From Spongospora subterranea f. sp. subterranea (taxonomy: Eukaryota), in contig JAUGWO010000035.1 of NCBI GenBank assembly GCA_049724395.1, forward strand, positions 1 to 64,000: DNA of 64,000 nt, read 5' to 3'. The notes below the pieces were generated by a model, which saw only the letters and a program-made list of their open reading frames with translations, did not search any database and was not told the origin of the DNA. Positions 60,052 through 64,000 of this stretch are shown piece after piece. The stretch's first letter is position 1. Every line of letters starts with the position of its first letter. A program made the translations under genes and the position numbers.

Positions 60052-60653
60052 ATAGTACAAAGTTGCTGGATTTCTTGCGGACGTGATTGATCAATTGTTG
60101 TTTGTATCGTGGTGGCGAAAAGGGGGACCTCAGCCGAGCAAACGAACTGCGTGACGGGTTAGAAACAATATGCCCACGCAAATAATGTTACTTGTGCGCG
60201 AAAAATAGAAAAAAATGCGGGCTTCGAACAAGTCCAGCGCGCAGTTTATAAGTCTTTAAGTCACAAAAAATAGTCAAAAAATATTTGGGAACATATCTGC
60301 GCCCGTATTACATGTGTATCTATGGATATTACTGATTTTCACCTGGCATGTTCCAAATGATCGAAAAAATCGATATTTTGAGTGCCCATAGGTCAGTCAA
60401 TAATTCGAAATCAAAATTTCTAATTCAATCACGCATCTTCGAAGTGCAATTGAACTCGATTTATTCAGTTGTATTCAAAGTCAAGCAAGCGATATCAGAT
60501 AACTCCGTAGCCTGTAGTGGGTGTGTTGGTGAGTTAAAGGTGTCCTGTACTGTACATTTTGTCAACGCCTAGTCTGTGATCCAACACTCCGTCTCAGTTG
60601 GTCTTCCAAATTGTTGGGCTCCACGTTCAGGAGCTTGTCGTTGCGTATCAGCG

Positions 60654-61322
60654 ATGTGCTTCTGCTCAAAGCCCAATAATATCGGTCTAAATATCGAAGA
60701 TCACAATGCGACGTGTGACCCCAACTCCGAAATCAATATTCCCTTAATTGAGGACACGGAGCAGCTAATATGTCAATTTTGCGATCGGATTTTCAAGTAT
60801 CCCTCGGTTCTCAAGACTCATATTCGTATTCATACTGGTGAAAAACCGTTCATATGTGATGTTTGTAACAAGTCGTTTGCTCAAAGAAGTCACCTTTCGT
60901 CACATTCTCGAGTGCACAGTGGTGATCGGCCATATCAGTGCGAGGTCTGCCGTAAACAGTTTTCACAGCTTTGTAATCTTAAAACACATATGCGTGTTCA
61001 CAGTGGCGAGAAGCCCATTGTTTGCGAAATATGCAACAAGAGGTTTGCTCAGCGCCATCACCTTAAAACTCACATGGTGACACACACTGGCGATCGCCCA
61101 TTCGAATGCCATCTATGCAGGAAACAGTTTTCACAAAAGTCAAATCTTGTCACCCATATGAGGACTCATCGCGATGCCACTTCGAATTATCCTGATTCCA
61201 TGGACATCAAAGACGAGGACTCGATTGATTGTGGTTCTCATGGCGACAATGTCAGGTCTGTTTCCACTCCTGCTAGATCCTCAATGCCATCCCATATTAC
61301 CGACCATATATATACAATGTAA
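60654..61322 (+). CDS. C2H2 zinc-finger protein (5 tandem fingers)
   Basis: Five CxxC-x12-HxxxH fingers with TGEKP/SGDRP linkers; first ATG at 60654. Confidence 0.93.
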   Translation: MCFCSKPNNIGLNIEDHNATCDPNSEINIPLIEDTEQLICQFCDRIFKYPSVLKTHIRIHTGEKPFICDVCNKSFAQRSHLSSHSRVHSGDRPYQCEVCRKQFSQLCNLKTHMRVHSGEKPIVCEICNKRFAQRHHLKTHMVTHTGDRPFECHLCRKQFSQKSNLVTHMRTHRDATSNYPDSMDIKDEDSIDCGSHGDNVRSVSTPARSSMPSHITDHIYTM

Positions 61323-61739
61323 TGCAACTATTCATATTACAAGTGCAACACGGTATCGCTAATCAGGTGTACTTCTCAAGGTGTAGTCCAGTGTAGTGCT
61401 CTAACAGTAAATTCAAAGTACAGTAACGATTCAACATTGCGATTTTACAACTCCTGATCCCATTGATCGCAAAACGATTCCAGTTTGTCGTGTTCAAATA
61501 TGGTAATGTTCTCTGGCTGTCATTAACTCGACAAAGCGATTTAAACTCGATTCGCCGTGATGCATGCTGCAATACAAAAGTCAATAACAAGTATTTATCG
61601 TGTACTTAGAGTTGAAGTCGGAGAAAGATTGAGTATTGAATAGTTGAAAGATGGGTCGGCCGATTACGATGGGCACTCGTCATTCCGGATACGATATCTG
61701 GAAGCGCTTTTGGCACCCAATCATGGTCCTGATCCTTTG

Positions 61740-61916
61740 GTACATATCGTCGACCCTCGTGTGAGGGCTGGGTTCGGCCAATGTGTTTGGAGGTGTGGCC
61801 TACAGCAGTCTACTGCGACAATCGACGACCTGATATTACTGGGGATGGATATGGACTCCCGTTCGCTATTCGTTTCGGCTCGTCGAAATCTACCTCGTCA
61901 CTTGCGAGACAGATGA
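61740..61916 (+). pseudogene. SAM-domain-like fragment, copy 1
   Basis: GLQQ...TIDDLILLGMDMDSRSLFVSA, paralogous to 62872-63075. Confidence 0.4.
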
Positions 61917-62871
61917 CGATCAAGTCAATGATGTTTTGATCACAATCCATATTGATGGAAAAGAAAAAGTTCGTCAAACCCTCGGATCACTCAATAAAAA
62001 ATCGTCTTCCGGAGCTCCCGCGTTCTTGAGCTTTGTTCGAGCCATTCACGTATTGTCACTAGTGAATAACGATGACCATTCATCAATAAAGCAATCGTTG
62101 AATCAGCTCCACAAGAGTATCCTAACATCTGCTCACAGACTGATTAAGACCCTAGTGTTGCCCGATCTGCCAACCCAAATCATTGTTGGGTTTGGGTGTT
62201 GACAAATACATGTGGAATTGTATATCATTCAGCAAATGGTAAATTGAAGCGGGAAATACAATGATAATCTCCTTGAAGTGCAACACGGTATCGCTAATCA
62301 GGTAATGTAACGAGTGTAGTCCATTGTAGTGCTGTAACACAATTGACTGTCAAATCACGATACACTGACAGTGATATAACATCATATCTATATTGGAACA
62401 GATCACCACATTCTCCATAGTCGCAATGTCGTATCAGTCTGTCGTGCTCAACATGAACATGTTTTCTGATTGTCATCATCTCGTACAGGGAATCCAAATT
62501 TACAAAAGTCCATAGCAATTTCATATCGTTTACTTTGTTGACCTTAGGGCATCTGTGACATACTCATGGTCAACAGAGTTTAGTAACAAACTGCCTTTGG
62601 TGTGGATGGCGATAAAAAAAATCGAACATCCAAAGCAACTGAGCTCAGACGTTCTTGACCACAACTGGAGTTGCCTGAGAGTTGGAAAAGAAAGATCAAG
62701 TCGAAGGCAGGATTGTGTGATGAATAAAAGGGATGAGTGGGCTCTCGTCATTCATATAACATTATCTCATAATTGAAGGAATGATGGCATCTAATTATAA
62801 CCCAATCGTTTGATGATTGCATCTCCTGAAGGTCATGATCATATTTGATATCGTCGGCAGTCCTCTGATGG

Positions 62872-63075
62872 ATGGACATGGCCTATGGAAATGGGGTCGT
62901 TTTTACCGATGCAGGGCTGGAACAGTTTATTGAGACCCTCATACCCCATAATATCAATATGGATGGCATATGCAACCTGACAAATGCCGACCTGATACTG
63001 CTTGAGTTGGACAAGAATCCGCGTTCGTTATTTGTTTCTGCTTGTCTTAATCTGCGCCGCCGCTTACGAAACTGA
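62872..63075 (+). pseudogene. SAM-domain-like fragment, copy 2
   Basis: AGLEQFIETLIPHNINMDGICNLTNADLILLEL fits the SAM pattern GLxxYxxxFxxxxIDxxxLxxLTxxDLxxLG. Confidence 0.5.
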
Positions 63076-64000
63076 AGGAATCAAGACAATAACAGGATAT
63101 GAATTCGTAATGAATGGTATATCCGCCTGAATTTGTTTCGATCTATGAAGTTTTTTCAATGTTTTCAATTATTGTTTCCTCCACGAGAGATAGTGCAGAT
63201 TGTGTCACCTGAGGCGATGGTGAATCCTGTCAATGTGCAATTATTCCAGATCACCAGGAATGGATCCTCTTTATTCCCTCCACATCAACTTCAACATTAT
63301 AATGTTGATTAATCGGTGACGCTGGCGAATTTTGGGCCAGACCCCATCAGAGCACAGATTTGACTGAATAGTGTCGTTTGCACGATTGATCCGATATAGA
63401 AATTATTTTCATTGACACCTGTTATCCTCAACGACTGTAAGATGTCGCTTTCTTTTGCTCGTTTACCAGATCGTGTTGACACTTGGTCCCATTTGAAAAA
63501 ATTCCGTTGATCAATCGATAGATCGACGTAACAATCATGACATATGGATTCCAGGAATGCGATAAGGTGCTAATAATTTCTTTGATTGATAGTGATGGCA
63601 AACATGTCCCAGTTCATCAAACCCACCGATCGCGAACAACAATGACGTCCTTCTCAACAACTGTAATCTTGGCCGGTATTTAACCATTCAGGAATTATCA
63701 CCAGTGAAATAAAGGGTTGACCAAACCTAAATAATGAAATCATGGAGACCGTTGGATCTAAAACTGTTTGCGAATACAAAAAGTTTTATCTCATTGATTA
63801 AGTGCATCTCATCGCTTGTCACTACACGTCAATTCAGATGATGATTGACCCTTGTGGACACATCAAACAATGGTGTCGTGTAATATTTAGCAAACTTTAA
63901 ACGAAGCAGGCAATATTGTCTTTGGCCTCAAATTCTAAGACTGTGTCATTACCCTGGGCAATTCAGCAGTTGATCGCAGCCATATGCTTTACAACAGTAC

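Noticed and set aside
1..64000. rRNA/tRNA genes, telomeric repeats, prokaryotic or viral operons
   Set aside because: None recognised by eye; the only tRNA-like match is the 14-nt PBS.

Overview
Eukaryotic genomic DNA with many short GT-AG introns. The axonemal genes indicate a flagellated organism. A plasmodiophorid-like protist is a plausible guess from the CBM18 and secreted-ankyrin genes, but the sequence does not prove it. The window has two compartments. Bases 1-23.5 kb are a dense, nested transposon island. It holds a LINE inserted into a Copia element, which itself sits in a Gypsy remnant, followed by a hAT remnant and a disrupted signal-peptide/42-bp-repeat/ankyrin gene. It also holds a five-level nest: 121-bp tandem repeat > Tc1-like DNA transposon > DD39D-type mariner > 43-bp satellite derived from the mariner transposase > young chromodomain Gypsy plus a solo LTR. 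Bases 23.7-61.3 kb are a compact gene block: transportin-1, an EF-hand/WD40 protein, a CBM18 surface protein, QCR9, DNAL1, a probable LRR membrane protein, LRRC9, SNRNP40, a CFP1/Spp1-like PHD protein and a C2H2 zinc-finger protein. The last 2.7 kb holds degenerate ankyrin/SAM fragments. The most unusual signal is in the Copia element. It has a primer-binding site complementary to the anticodon arm of tRNA-Lys(CUU), implying half-tRNA priming, and a G GAT TTT slippery site with an H-type pseudoknot between protease and integrase. Single-base indels in conserved host genes suggest residual assembly errors, so frameshift-based pseudogene calls are provisional.
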